This document shows positions 25,689 to 38,041 of a DNA stretch of 64,000 nucleotides, piece after piece. The stretch is taken from assembly GCF_018977255.1 (NCBI RefSeq), contig NW_024704742.1, positions 11,348,001 to 11,412,000 on the forward strand. Direction: 5' to 3'. Within the stretch, counting starts at the first letter, position 1, and every line of letters begins with the position of its first letter. Position numbers and translations under genes: made by a program. This DNA is from Callorhinchus milii. Its lineage: Eukaryota. The notes beneath the pieces were generated by a model. That model searched no databases. It was not told the origin of the DNA and saw only the letters and a program-made list of their open reading frames with translations.

Positions 25689-27361
25689 CATAAGAACATA
25701 AGAATTAGAAGCAGGAGTAGGCCATTTGGCCCATCTAGCCTGCACCGCCATTCAATAAGGTCATGGCTGATCTATTCTAACTCCACCTACCCGCCTAATC
25801 TCCATATCCCTTAATCCCTTTCTCCACAAGAAATCTAGCAATCTCAGTCTTGAATATGTTCAAGGATTGAGCTTCTACAGCTCTTTGGGGTAGCGAATTC
25901 CATAAATTCACTACCCTCTGAGTGAAGAAGTTTTTCCTCAACTCAGTGCGAAAGGGCTTACCCCTAATTTTAAGACTGTGACCCCTGGTTATAGTTTCTC
26001 CAACCAGGGGTAAAAGTCTCCCACTATCTATTCTGTCATGCTCCTTAATAATCTTATAGGTTTCTATAAGATCATCTCTCATTCTTCTATATTCTAGAGA
26101 ATATAGGCCTAAATTGCTCAACCTATCCTCAAAACTCATCCCCCTCATTCCTGTTACCAACCTTGTGAATCTACGTTGTACCTCCTCCAAGGCGTGTACA
26201 TCCTTTCTTAAATAAGGAGACCAAAACTGCACACAATACTCTTGGTGTGGTCTCACAAGGGCCCTATACAGCTGCAGCAAGACTTCCCTACTCTTATATT
26301 CTAACTCTTTTGTAACAAATGGCAACATACTGTTAGCCTTCCTAATTGCTTACTGTACCTGTAAACTAACTTTTAGTGAATGGTGTCCAAGGACACCCAA
26401 GTCCCTCTGAATGCTAACACTATCTAGTCTCTCCCCTTCCAAAAAATAATTTGCTCTACTGTTTTTGCCACCTAGGTGGATGACTTCACACTTCCCCACA
26501 TTATACTTCATCTGCCACCTATTTGCCCACTCACCTAGCCTATCTATATCTCATTCATTTTTTTAATGTCATCCTCGGTGCTTGCTCACCCTCCTAGTTT
26601 AGTGTCATCCGCGAATTTGGTTATATTATGTTCGATGTCCTCATCTAGATCATTGATGTAGATTGTAAATAGTTGAGGCCCAACCACTGATCCTTGTGGC
26701 ACTCCACTAGTCACATCCCGCCAATCTGAGAAGGACCCGTTTATCCCTACTCTTTGTTTTCGTCCCGTTAGCCATTCTTCAATCCATGCTAATATATTCC
26801 CCTTAATTCCATGGGGCCTAATCTTGAGAATCAACCTTTTGGAGTCCTGTAGCTCAGTGGTTAGAACACTCGCTTTGCAAGTGAGAGACCTGAGTTCAAT
26901 TCCAGGCAGGGCGAAACCTTGGACAAGTTTCCTTACTCCACACGCCTAATAATAATCCCTCCAAAAAAACCAAAAACAATAATAAAAATTGGTCATTTTC
27001 AATCTACGACTGTTTGTGGGACATTGCTGTGCGCAATTGGCTGCCACGTTCGCCCACAAATATACAGTCAATTCACTTTACAGTGTGTTCTGTGAAGCGC
27101 TTTGGGACGTACTCCCGACGTGAAAAGCGTTATATCAAATGCAAGGATTATTATTATTATGCGGCACCTTATTGAATGCCTTTTGGAAATCTAAATACAC
27201 TACATCCATTGATTCCCCCCTATCTAATCTACTTGATATGTCCTCAAAAAAAATCTAAAAGATTTGATAAGCATGACTTCCCTTTTGTAAAAGCCATGTT
27301 GACTCTGTCTAATCATGTTGTGATCCTCTAAGTATCCCACTACGATATCCTTAACTAAGGA
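25689..27361 (-). mobile_element. CR1 LINE, 5'-truncated RT region, interrupted by a SINE
   Basis: [44 protein letters not shown]; (TTCTTATG)n tail. Confidence 0.95.
26841..27160 (+). mobile_element. tRNA-Ala SINE, full length, young short subfamily
   Basis: Complete head to (ATT)n tail, nested in the CR1 RT. Confidence 0.95.
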
Positions 27362-27820
27362 TATTGTAATGGGTCCTTGCTATTCCCAAAATGGTTGCTG
27401 TATTTGCCTCCAAAAACTGCCACAAAACTTGATATAATTACTTGTGAAGTGTTTTGAGACATTTCAGTTTGTGAAGGTGCTATAAAAATGCAAGGTATTT
27501 ATTTTTCTGGTCTTCCCATTCCGTTCATATTATAGTGCTGAATGCTTTGTGGCGCACTCACTCTGTGATAATGCTTGCAGGCACAATAACCATATTTCAT
27601 TGTATTGTTGCTAACATTCTGGTAGAATCTTGCAATGTGCAATGTAATGACAGCATTGGATGGAGTAGTGGAGTTGTTACCTTCAGCACTTAAGCTTTGC
27701 AATGCATTGCTGGGACCATCCCAGCTTGTCAATACTGAATTGATGTTCAGACAGTAGTTTACCTTGTTTTCTGGTTCTTCATATCAAGAAGTAAATATTT
27801 CCAAACAAAACCATTTATTT

Positions 27821-28172
27821 GGAGTCCGGTAGCTCAATGGTTAGAGCACTCGCCCTGCAAGCGAGAGGACCTGGATTGAATTCCCGACAGGGTGAAACGT
27901 TGGGCAAGTTTACTTACTCCACATGCCTCTGTTTACCTAGCAGTAAATAGTCGATTGGCGGATCGCTTTTCCGGGGTAATAATTCCTTCCAAATAAATAA
28001 AAATAATTTGGTCACTCAATCCATGACTGTTTGTGGGACACTGCTGTGTGCAATTGGCTGCTGCGGTTCGCCCACAAAATATACAGTGAATTCACTTCAC
28101 AGTATATTCTGTGAAGCGCTTTGAGGCGTCTCGAAAACGAGAAAATGCAAATTCAAATGCAAGGAATATTAT
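27821..28172 (+). mobile_element. tRNA-Ala SINE, full length, long subfamily
   Basis: Head, central segment (partly deleted) and tail; followed directly by an inverted tail stub at 28171-28220. Confidence 0.93.
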
Positions 28173-28573
28173 AATAATAATAATAATAATCCTTGCATTT
28201 TATATAGTGCTTTTCACATCTTTACAAGAGCAGGCTGTCCGACTCGCTGCTCCTCAATATCAAAAATTTCTTGAGCTATCGATGTATGCGGGCAATTAGT
28301 AGCACTTGATCTGTGCACCAGAGAATGTTGCCCCAGGACTCTTTGTGGGGTTACAAGCACTGGTCTTTCCCCTGCAGCACTGCAATAAAAAGTTGAACTA
28401 CAAAGACATAAAGGATCACCATTTTTCAGAGATTGGCATAATTTAGACCCTTGTTTCTCAGCTACTGCAAATAAATTTACTTGTGGGCGAAATATATATC
28501 TTTTTGAAATTTCAATTTGGAGACCCTACGATTTGAGTATTTTGAAGCCGTAGCTGAGAATCATTGATTGATT

Positions 28574-28894
28574 AATAATAATAATAATCCTTGCATTTGA
28601 TATAGCGCTTTTCACGTCGGGAGGACGTCCCAAAGCGCTTCACAGAACACACTGTAAAGTGAATTGACTGTATATTTGTAGGCGAACGCGGCAGCCAATT
28701 GCGCACAGCAATGTCCCACAAACAGTCGTAGATTGAAAATGACCAATTTATTATTGTTTTTGGTTTTGGAGGGATTATTATTAGGCTCTGTGTGGAGTAA
28801 GGAAACTTGCCCAAGGTTTCGCCCTCTGCCTGGAATTGAACTCAGGTCTCTCACTTGCAAAGCGAGTGCTCTCACCACTGAGCTACAGGACTGC
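28574..28894 (-). mobile_element. tRNA-Ala SINE, full length, young short subfamily
   Basis: Nearly identical to 54154-54472; 12-bp flanking duplication cattgattgatt at 28562-28573 / 28896-28907. Confidence 0.96.
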
Positions 28895-30862
28895 ACATTG
28901 ATTGATTGATTTTTTCAGGAACTGTTTGCCCTCTTCTCTGCACCCCATAAAGGAAGGATCTGCTAAAGTAATTAGACACTGGTTACACCAGGGAGCTTTC
29001 ATTGTTAAATTCAGCTCAGATGTGGTCAATAGAAATTGCTTTTAATTGGGATCAATTGCTAATTAGAAAAAAGTGGAATTGAAAAATGAATGCATTGTAA
29101 GTGGTCTGAAAAGGATATCATCTTTTGCTTCTCAGACCTAAGTGTGTCAATCGGCGCAATTCTGTGGCACTATTTAAAAAAAATTAATTCAGTGCACTCA
29201 AATGTAACACGATTGGCTTGGTTTCCATTGTGTAGGCAGAAGAGTAAGCGAAATTCAACATTAATTTCTCTTTATACGTGAATCACTCAGTTCTGAAACG
29301 CTCTCAATGTAATTGGATTCTTTTTTAAAGGTTACTCACTTAATGGGAATTGACCCATTTCAAGTAATGGTTCCACAGAATTGTCACTAGATTTTGTCTC
29401 CCTGCGTATATGTGTTTAAAAATGTTGGACATTGCAATGAAAACATTAAAAATTAACATCCAATTAATTCTCGAATGGTAAGTGTGAGTGTATGAAAAGC
29501 GCCTGCACAAGTTAAGGTCCACATCTGCAAGCTTCTTGTGTGGGAATAGGTTATGACCCAGTTGATTCTTTATGGATGGAGGGAGAGAAACAATTTCACT
29601 CAGCAGATGTATATTTGTATGTTACTACCGTGACTGAAGGCTGTAAATTAATTGCACCAGTTCTTTCAAATTGCCATATGGCATTTACCATTACAATGCA
29701 TAGAACTTGGAAGAGGTTGGTCTATAAACAGTAAAGATTAAATGATCTGCTTCGGTGTATATGCGTGTGTGGTTTTATTTACAGGAGGTAATTAGTGAGT
29801 TGAGTGTCTTAACTAATAAATGTTGGGCAGAGGTGGGTAATTGAAGCTTGATAGATTAAACAAAACAACAGATAAAGGCTTATGCACAATTGCTTAATGT
29901 CATTGGGGGTAATGTCATGACAAGAGTATGTAACCTCAAGGAATTATTTTGTTGCACTTGTGCTCCATATCTATGATAGCATAAATGGAGTTTAAATGCA
30001 GCAAAATAATTCCCTGAGATTAAATATTTATATGTTGGGAAACATGCTGCATTGGATTGATGAATGCTGATGTGAACTTCACTGATGCAGTCCAGAGTGT
30101 GACTGTAACAGCTTTGGGAGGAAGCTGTACTTTGAGAAACAGGTGGTGTATTGCTAACTGCTTGAGATAGCTAAACCTACATTGTATACTGATATTACAC
30201 CATAGCCATTTGTTGATCTATCATAAAAAGTGTGACTATTCAGGCATAAGAGGAAATGCAGAAGGGACACAACAATTGATCAGAACCTGAAGCAGTGAAG
30301 CTTTGCATTTGCAGAATCACATTCCACCATCAGTTCTGATGAAGAATCATACCTCAAAGGTATACCTATCTTTCTCCTTCAGATGTCCATCGCTTTGCTT
30401 TGCGTTTCTGGGTTTTGTTGCTTTTTTTCAGATATTTGGCATTTAATTTTTCTCTTTGAATATCTGTCATATTTTGGGTGGCACAGATTCTATTTTGCAA
30501 AATGTTAGGTCATGCTAACAACCGGGGATCTGGATCCTTCTCTTCTCGTAGCAAGACAATGGAGGGTATTGGCTTCTTGTGCTTAAACCACAAGAATTAT
30601 CAGCTGAAGATGATCAATGCTGAGCTGTGGTTGGATGAGTACCGACCATTATCTCTGGTATTTCACACCAGTGTCTGTGCATGAGTCTCGACAGTAACTG
30701 TCAGATGGCTATTCATTTAGGGCTAGGGTGAAGAGACTCCGCCCTTTTCTCACCCCCAGTTTCCAGTCGGGATCATCAAATGGATATCTGAACCAGGTAC
30801 ATGGCTGCCTTGTCCCTACACGTGCCTTGAGACACACCCCATCTGAAGAGTGTTATATATAA

Positions 30863-31546
30863 CTATCTGTACCCGTTCCAGCTATGCTTGCAACTAAAGG
30901 ATCCAATATGGAATGTAGATTTCAGTGATACCACTCCCAAACCATTTAACATGCCATAAACACTGTGTGTAAACCTTAAGCAAAATTACCATACATGTGC
31001 GATGAGCTTGTTTGGGTCATAGCTCATCAACGATAGAAGATCCTATCAAAAGGTCATAGCTCATGAACATAGGAATATCTTTATTAAAGCTACGCTAACC
31101 GAAGGGGTTTACTGTGCGATCTGGCAGGTCCTCGAGTTATTGCAATGCGGCCTTTCTGTTCTTTGTTCTTCAGTTTGATTTAATCGGGCTTCTTTCTTTT
31201 GTCTGGCATTTTTGTTTGTACTTGAAAGGCTTGATGTTTGCTGAGGCTGCTTTATCTTGTTCCCGCCGCTTTGCTTTGTCTGAGTGTGTGTGTGTACGCA
31301 CGAGCTCTGTAAAGTGCCACTGGAAGTCGACGCGGCCACCAGCGCAACATCAAAACTGCCATACATGTGTGATGAGCTTGTTTAGGTCATCACTCATTAA
31401 CGATAGCAGATCCATGAAAAATATTATGTCTATGACACTCCCAAATGCAAGGCCTTTCCGATGAGGTAAAATCATGTCTCTACGTCAATCGGTTATTGAG
31501 ATCTTGGCTGACGCACAGATAGACATTGTCGTTTTATTAGTATAGA
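30863..31546 (-). mobile_element. Non-autonomous Helitron (rolling-circle transposon), 684 bp
   Basis: Minus strand starts A|TCTATACTAATAAAACG and ends GGGTACAGATAG|T (CTAG with one change); degenerate subterminal hairpin gttccagc-tat-gcttgcaac; no TSD; A|T target; internal ~70-bp direct repeats. Confidence 0.75.
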
Positions 31547-31730
31547 TAATAATAATAATCCTTGCATTTGATATAGCACCTTATCACATCTTCAAGACAT
31601 CTCAAAGCGCTTCAGAGGATATACTGTAAAGTGAATTGACTGTATATTTTGAGGGTGAAACGTAGCAGCCATTTGCATACAGCAGTGTCCTACAAAGAGT
31701 CGTGGATTGAAGTGACCAATTTATTATTAC
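31547..31730 (-). mobile_element. tRNA-Ala SINE 3' half
   Basis: Family tail and body, abutting the Helitron 5' end. Confidence 0.9.
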
Positions 31731-32909
31731 TATATGTATATATATATTATATATATGTTGTCACCTTCCCGATTCAGGAACACAGAGGTTAATTTGTTTG
31801 CCTCTGACCTCAACTGACATTCCAGATACGATCTGCTAGCCCAACATAGTCTTGGGATCTTCCTAATCTCCTGGCGTGACATGGCATTGAATTTCTGTTT
31901 GCTTCCTGTGCGCCAGAGTGCCTGTCAGCACAGCCCGAATCCCAACCTTCCTTGCAGAGGATCGCAAGTATGCATCTGCTTTATTCCCTGTGACATCTGG
32001 CTTTGCTTTTTTCTCCTGTTTGGAATACAAAATATTTGCGAAAGTCATCATGCCTGGATGAAGTGTTTCAGTTTCAATAGCTTGGTTTAGTCACTTCTAA
32101 ACAAACCTGGTGTACCAGTGTGTTCGATGGCAGTAGTTCCCCATGCATTCTGCAATGGCATGTCAGTGGGGTCAGGAAGGAAAAATCACACAATAGCTTT
32201 GTTTCAGTGTTTGCTGTTCTAAGCTGCTACTGTAAATGGTTATCTCTCACGCTTCCCCATGGGATGACATTGGACTAATTGCCTCTGGCAAGTGGTTCTG
32301 CTCCTGCCTTGTGAAGCAATGGGAATTGAAGGCAACCCAGCGATCAGGATGATTCAGTGAAGATTCTCTTCTCTTATTATGCGGATGCATTGGGCTGTGA
32401 AATGTTACCAGTGACTGTCATCCAGGCCTAACACACATCCGCGCAGTCTCTCCAGTGTTTGTTTTAAATGTTGGCATCATTTGTTGAGAGTGATTGAGTT
32501 AATCCTGAAGAGATTGTGGCTGGGAAGGAAATGTTTACCAAAGTGGATTCTCTATCCTGTGAAGTGGGCGTAGGAATGATTATAGGAAAACTCCAGAACA
32601 GATATGCAACTTGCCCGTTCTGTAACCTTCATGTCATGGTTTCAACACACACTAAAAAAAACTAAGGTGGAGAGAAGACATTCTGCTCTGGAGCTACTTA
32701 TTTTGTGTTTTGTAAAATCCTGTGCATTTTCTGAACTGACATTCTTGGTGATATTTTGATACTGTCACATCTGTTTGAAATATGTGAATGGATCCTTTGC
32801 AAGGTTAACAAGGGGGCTTCTTGCCATTAATTAAATTTGCCTTTTTTTAAAAAAATCCAAACTTTTGAATATCAATGTACAGTAGAACACTCATCCAGTT
32901 TCTATTCTA

Positions 32910-33021
32910 CATTCGCCCACAAATATACGGTCAATTCACTTTACAGTCTATTCTGTGAAGCGCTTTGAGACGTCGAGAAGACATGAAAAGCGCTTTATCA
33001 AATGCAAGGATTATTATTGTT
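32910..33021 (+). mobile_element. tRNA-Ala SINE 3' stub
   Basis: ttcgcccacaaatatac...atcaaatgcaaggattattatt. Confidence 0.88.
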
Positions 33022-34114
33022 ATATCTACTTTCTCTGTGAATATTGCAGCTTAGCAATAATAGCTGATGACCTCACCAAGGAAACTGGCTTATTCAAATT
33101 TCTGAGCCTGACCTTGTGAGGGAGCTGAATTAAAGTTGGCGGGTGGTCATTAACTCGGCATGTTTCAGGGATAGTGTCACTTCAACTTTGTGCGTTCAGC
33201 TTCTTTGCAGTGTTGATATAGTAATCCGTCCTCCTCTTTCTCCATTGAGGTCTGTTGGTTAATAAACCTGTTGTTATCAGTCCTTGCTGCTTGCATCAAA
33301 ATCCAAGCAGAACAAGGACAATAATGCAAATCCTTTGTTACTATTCTACTTTAATTTATGTTGTGTGTCAATGATGAGACTCCATCTAATACTTGCAGAA
33401 AGCTGCAGAACAAAACTCAACTGTGTAACCATGTCAATTTTCAAATTCTTCTCTAACCACTTGACTTCATATTTACAATGCAATTGTTAGCTGCAAAGAT
33501 TCCTTCAGTACCCAGATATGTCAGGTACTGTAGAGTGCTTTATATATGAAATTGTGAAGGTTGCAGAAGAGAACTTAACCACACACTCCACTGACTTTCA
33601 ATCATCATTCAAAGAAGTTTGTGAATGCAACAAACCACAATATCATCATGCCTTTCTCTTGATTTCTGATTAGTAATAACAAAAACAATTAATTGCATTT
33701 ATATAGCGCCTTTTGCGTCTAGTACCAGGATATTGCTAGCAAGCAAGGAGAGAGGGGGTTAGTTTGACTCATGTGGAAAAAGTACCAACACAGACTTAAT
33801 GAACCAAATAGCTTATGTCTGTGCTATACCATTTTGTGATTCCAATCCTGTTGTCCTATGAAATCAAGGAGAGTTGCTCAGTGTCTTGCAGGCTAACTGT
33901 ACTTCAAGGCTAGGATTGAAACAACTGTCTCTTTTTGTTACAGTCTGTGTTTAGAGTGGGTTGCTGGAATCCTGAGCAAGGAATTTGTAAGCGTGCTTCG
34001 TGTAGTGGGTGTTCAAGAAGGTGGGGAGATGCACCATTTGAAAATGTTATAATAAGAAAAACTATAATGTACTTCTTATATGATTGAATATTTTGACCAT
34101 TGGAATGGAATCTT

Positions 34115-37100
34115 CCCAGTGATCGCTCGCTCCCAGTTTCTGCGTGTGCGTTTTGGCTGCCGCCCCGACCCGAGCCTCCCCCTCCACTCTAAATGTCTCT
34201 CTTCCCGCCCCCCTCTATGTCTTTCCTCCCACCACCTTCTATCCGCTACTCCCCCTCTGTCCTTTTCTCCCACCGCCCTCCTGCCTTTTCTCTCTCCTCG
34301 ACCCCATCACCACTTCCCTATGTTCCAGCCTGGGCATCCACCGCTGGGCCCATCGTGGCTCCCGGCACTGGCTGTCCCAGAGCAGCAAGCTCAAGAGTCC
34401 CATCATTCACTCCCTCTACTCAAACTGCCTCCTTAAGGCAAATACAACTTACACCTCCCTCATACGTACCCTCCCCAACTCTCCACGACCATCTCTCCTG
34501 CACAACCCAAAATCCTCTCTGCACCACTCTCTCCTCCCCCCCTCCCTCCAGAAAACCCACCCGCATTTCCCTCCAAAATGTCCGCTCCCTCTCAAATGAA
34601 GCCCTCACCATCCACGACCTCACCTGGTCGAGCACCTTGACATTTTTGGGCTCACCGAAACCTGGCTCTCCCACAATGACCCCGTACCCCTAGTGGAAGC
34701 CTCCCCTCCAGGCTACACCTTCCACCACACCCCCCATCCAAACCAACGTGATGGCAGGGTGGCCTTCATATCCAAAGCCTCCCTTGGTCTCACCCCCTAC
34801 TCCTCTGGCTGCTTCCCTCCTTCGAGCATCTCACCCTCTTCCACCAATCTCTCTCTTTGAAAATCCTCCTTGTCTACCACCCCACTAAGCCCCCCGGCTC
34901 TTTCCAAGCAGACATCTCTACCCTCCTCTTCCCTGTCCCTTTGCTCTGAGCGCCTACTCATAACGGGCGATTTCAACCTCCACCTAAACTCCCCTTGCAT
35001 CACTTCTGCTGATTTCACTGCCCTCCTCTCCTCCCTAAACCTTACCCTCCATATAAATTCACCCACCCACAATCACGGTCATGCACTTGACCTCGTCATC
35101 ACCCGTGGCCTTGACATTTCTGACCTCAACATAGTTGACAAGGCCCTCTCGGACCACTTTTTCATCTCCTTCTCTTCTCACATCCCTCTCTCCTCCACCA
35201 AACCCTCAACCATCCTCTACTACCCTTGGAAAAGGCTACCCCCTGACACCCTCACAAAGGCCCTCTCATCGTCAAACATCCTATTCCTCTGGCCTTCCAC
35301 CCGCGGAAATCCTGAAGCAGCCTTCCAGCTATTCCATGATCACCTCCCCTGCACCTTCAACTCCCTCGTCCCTCTAAACTTCAGGATCATCTCAAACGCT
35401 ACCGTCGTTCTTTGACACGGGCAAAAACAGCCTTCTACTCCAACATCATCTTGGAGGCTAAACACAACCCCAAAATCATTTTTTCCACCACCCACTACCT
35501 CCTCCGTGCCCCTCCTCAGGCCTCCACAATCTTCATATCAAATGCCAAGTGCGGGGAGGTCATGGACTTCTTTTCATCTAAAATACTTAACATCCGCCAG
35601 GCAGCCTCATCCACCTGCCCCTTGTCACCCACCACCTCGCCCTCTCTGTGCCCCTCACCCTCCTCATCATCTGCTCCTACCACCACCCCCATCCTACATT
35701 CCTTCCTTCCCATCTCTCCCTCCTCCCATTCACCCACCATCACCTCCATAAAACCCACTACCAGCTGCCTCGACACCCTCCCCACCAACTTACTGGTCAT
35801 CCAGCGCCCCCTCCTCTGCCCACTACTGGCTGTCATCATCAACCAGTCACTCTCATCCGGATCAGTCCCTGCCTCCCTCAAAACTGCTGTCATCACCCCC
35901 CTCCTGAGAAAACCTTCTTTAGATCCCTCAAACCCCAGCCATTACCGCCCCATTTCTAACCTGCCCTTCCTCTCAAAAGTTCTAGAACGCTTTGTTGCCA
36001 ACCAACTTCTCACACACCTCCTCCCACTTCGAACCCCTCTAGTCCGGTTTCCGTCCCGCACTCCCCTGGTTCGAGTCCTACCTCACAAACAGCCAGCAGT
36101 ACATCTGCACAAACAGCTTCTCCTCCCGCTCTCACCCGGTCACCTGCGGGGTACCCCAAGAATCCATCTTTGGCCCCCTCCTCTTTCTGATTTATATGCT
36201 CCCTCTTGGGGATGTCATCCGCAGACATGGGGTACATTTCCACATGTACACGGACGACACCCAACTCTATTTTTCCACCTCTCTTTGCGACTCCCAGTCC
36301 CCTGATGTTCTGTCAGTCTGCCTGTCGGATCTCAGGGGCTGGATAAGTGCAAATTTCCTTCAACTGAATGTTGACAAGACAGAAGCCATACTGTTTGGCT
36401 CTCGTTAACGTCTTAAAATCTCACAGCTCTCACCTCCTCCACCTACCCGACCTCCCCCTAAAACTCTCCGAATCCGTACGCAACCTAGACGTCAGGTTCG
36501 ACCCCCAATTATCCTTCCTCCCCCACATCCGGTCCCTCACCAGCACCGCTTTCTTCCACCTCCGACGCATCAACAACAACAACAACAACAAGATTCCCTT
36601 TATAGAGCGCCTTTCACGTCGGGAGGATGTCCCAAGGCGCTGTACAGTTGGGTCAGGACACGAGCAGGGGGGAAATGGTCAGGGTGAGGGGAGGGAAGGG
36701 AGGGAATGAGGAGCGGGTAGAGAGTCGAGAGGGGAGCTGAAGGCACCGTCAAAGAGAAAGGTCTTGAGACCGGCCTTGAAGGAGGAAAGGAAGGAGGCGG
36801 GGAAGGCACTGGGGGATAGAGTTCCAGAGCCTCGGGGCTGAGAGGCTGAAGGCCCGGCCACCGATGGTAGGGCGGTTGGAGCGGGGGATGTGGAGCAGAC
36901 CGGAGCCAGAGGAACGGAGGGTACGGGCAGGTAGGTAGGGAGATAGTAGGTCGGAGAGGTAGGAGGGAGCAAGGCCGTGAATGGCCTTCTAGGTGAGGAT
37001 GAGGATCTTGAAATCGATCCTCTGGGGGATGGGAAGCCAGTTGAGGCGAGCGAGGGTGGGAGTGATGTGGTCCCGAAGCCTGGTGCGGGACAGTACACAG

Positions 37101-37744
37101 TACACGAGCTGCATCGCCCGTCTCTGCCAATACTTCTCCCCAAAAGCCGCTGGAACCCTGGTCCATGCCTTTGTCACCTGTCGGCTGGACTACTCTAATG
37201 CCGTCCTCGCTGGTCTCCCATCCACTACCATCCATAAAATCCAAATCATGCAAAACTCTGCCGCCCGCATTCTCACCCGCACCAAACTCCACTCCCCGAT
37301 TACCCCAGTCCTTGCCAGACTGCACTGGCTGCCCATCCCAGAAAGGATCGACTTCAAGATCCTCATCCTTGTATTCAAATCCCTCCACTCCTCTGCACCC
37401 CCCTACCTCTCTGACCTCCTCTCACCTCACAACAGTGCCCGCTGCCTTTGTTCCTCCGAGTCTGGCCTCCTCCTCATCCCCCAAGTCCTCCGCTCCACCC
37501 TTGGTGGCCGTGCCTTCAGCCACTACGCCCCGAGGCTCTGGAACTCCCTTCCTCACTCCCTTTGCCTCGCTCCCTTCCTTCCTATTATCAGGTCTCTGCT
37601 GAAGACCTTTCTTTGCGACCGCGCCTTTGGTCAACTTCCTACCTCTCCCCCTGGCTCGGCACCGGGAATCCGTTACTATGAAGCGCTCTGAGATGTGTCT
37701 GGTGTGGAGGGCGCTATATAAGTCCAAGTTGTTGTTATTGTTAT
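34115..37744 (+). mobile_element. L2 LINE covering nearly all of ORF2, with internal deletions, stops and a nested L2
   Basis: APE start RISLQNVRSL, LITGDFNLH, GHALDLVI, SDH; YRPISNLPFLSKVLE; YTDDTQLY; RLDYSNA...LHWLPI...RAFSHYAPRLWNSLP; (GTT)n tail. Confidence 0.95.
36572..37110 (-). mobile_element. Younger L2 3' fragment inserted antisense into the older L2
   Basis: Near-identical to 24450-24974; flanked by gcatc at 36567-36571 / 37111-37115; host frame FHLRRI|ARL rejoins. Confidence 0.95.
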
Positions 37745-38041
37745 TCACATTTAGTCTATGGAACCTTAATTGTGCAAGCTTAAATTGATTTAATTAAAGA
37801 GGCATTGACTGCTCAACCAAATATTCAAGTATTGTGTCTAGTTTTATTGAAGATCAATTGAAATGTTTTTTGTACTTGCAAGCAAGGTCGCTGTCACTGA
37901 TGGAAATGACCTCGCTCCTGTTGGCTTCTGGTGGTCAATGCAGCACAAGAGTAATTTAAAAGGCCTCCTTTATACAGTGGTTAGCATTGTGTGTGATATT
38001 TTAAAATCTCTTTTAACGGTCTTTCTTCTACGACTAACAGT

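Larger units (their letters stand above)
25505..27500 (+). mobile_element. Deu-type SINE split by a CR1 (head 25505-25688, tail 27362-27500)
   Basis: gctgagttggtagcacttttacctctg head; tail tgtgaagtgttttgagac...gtgaaggtgctataaaaatgcaagg. Confidence 0.55.

Noticed and set aside
28572..28896. Recurrent near-identical small ORFs (also 49724, 54132, 54190, 20-244) as a small-protein family
   Set aside because: They are translations of the same SINE consensus.
30981..31420. Direct repeats as a CRISPR-like array
   Set aside because: Only two ~70-bp imperfect units, in a eukaryotic context with no cas genes; internal to the Helitron.
34080..37748. Many overlapping Pro/Ser- or Gly/Glu-rich ORFs
   Set aside because: Alternative frames of C/T-skewed L2 sequence with few stop codons.
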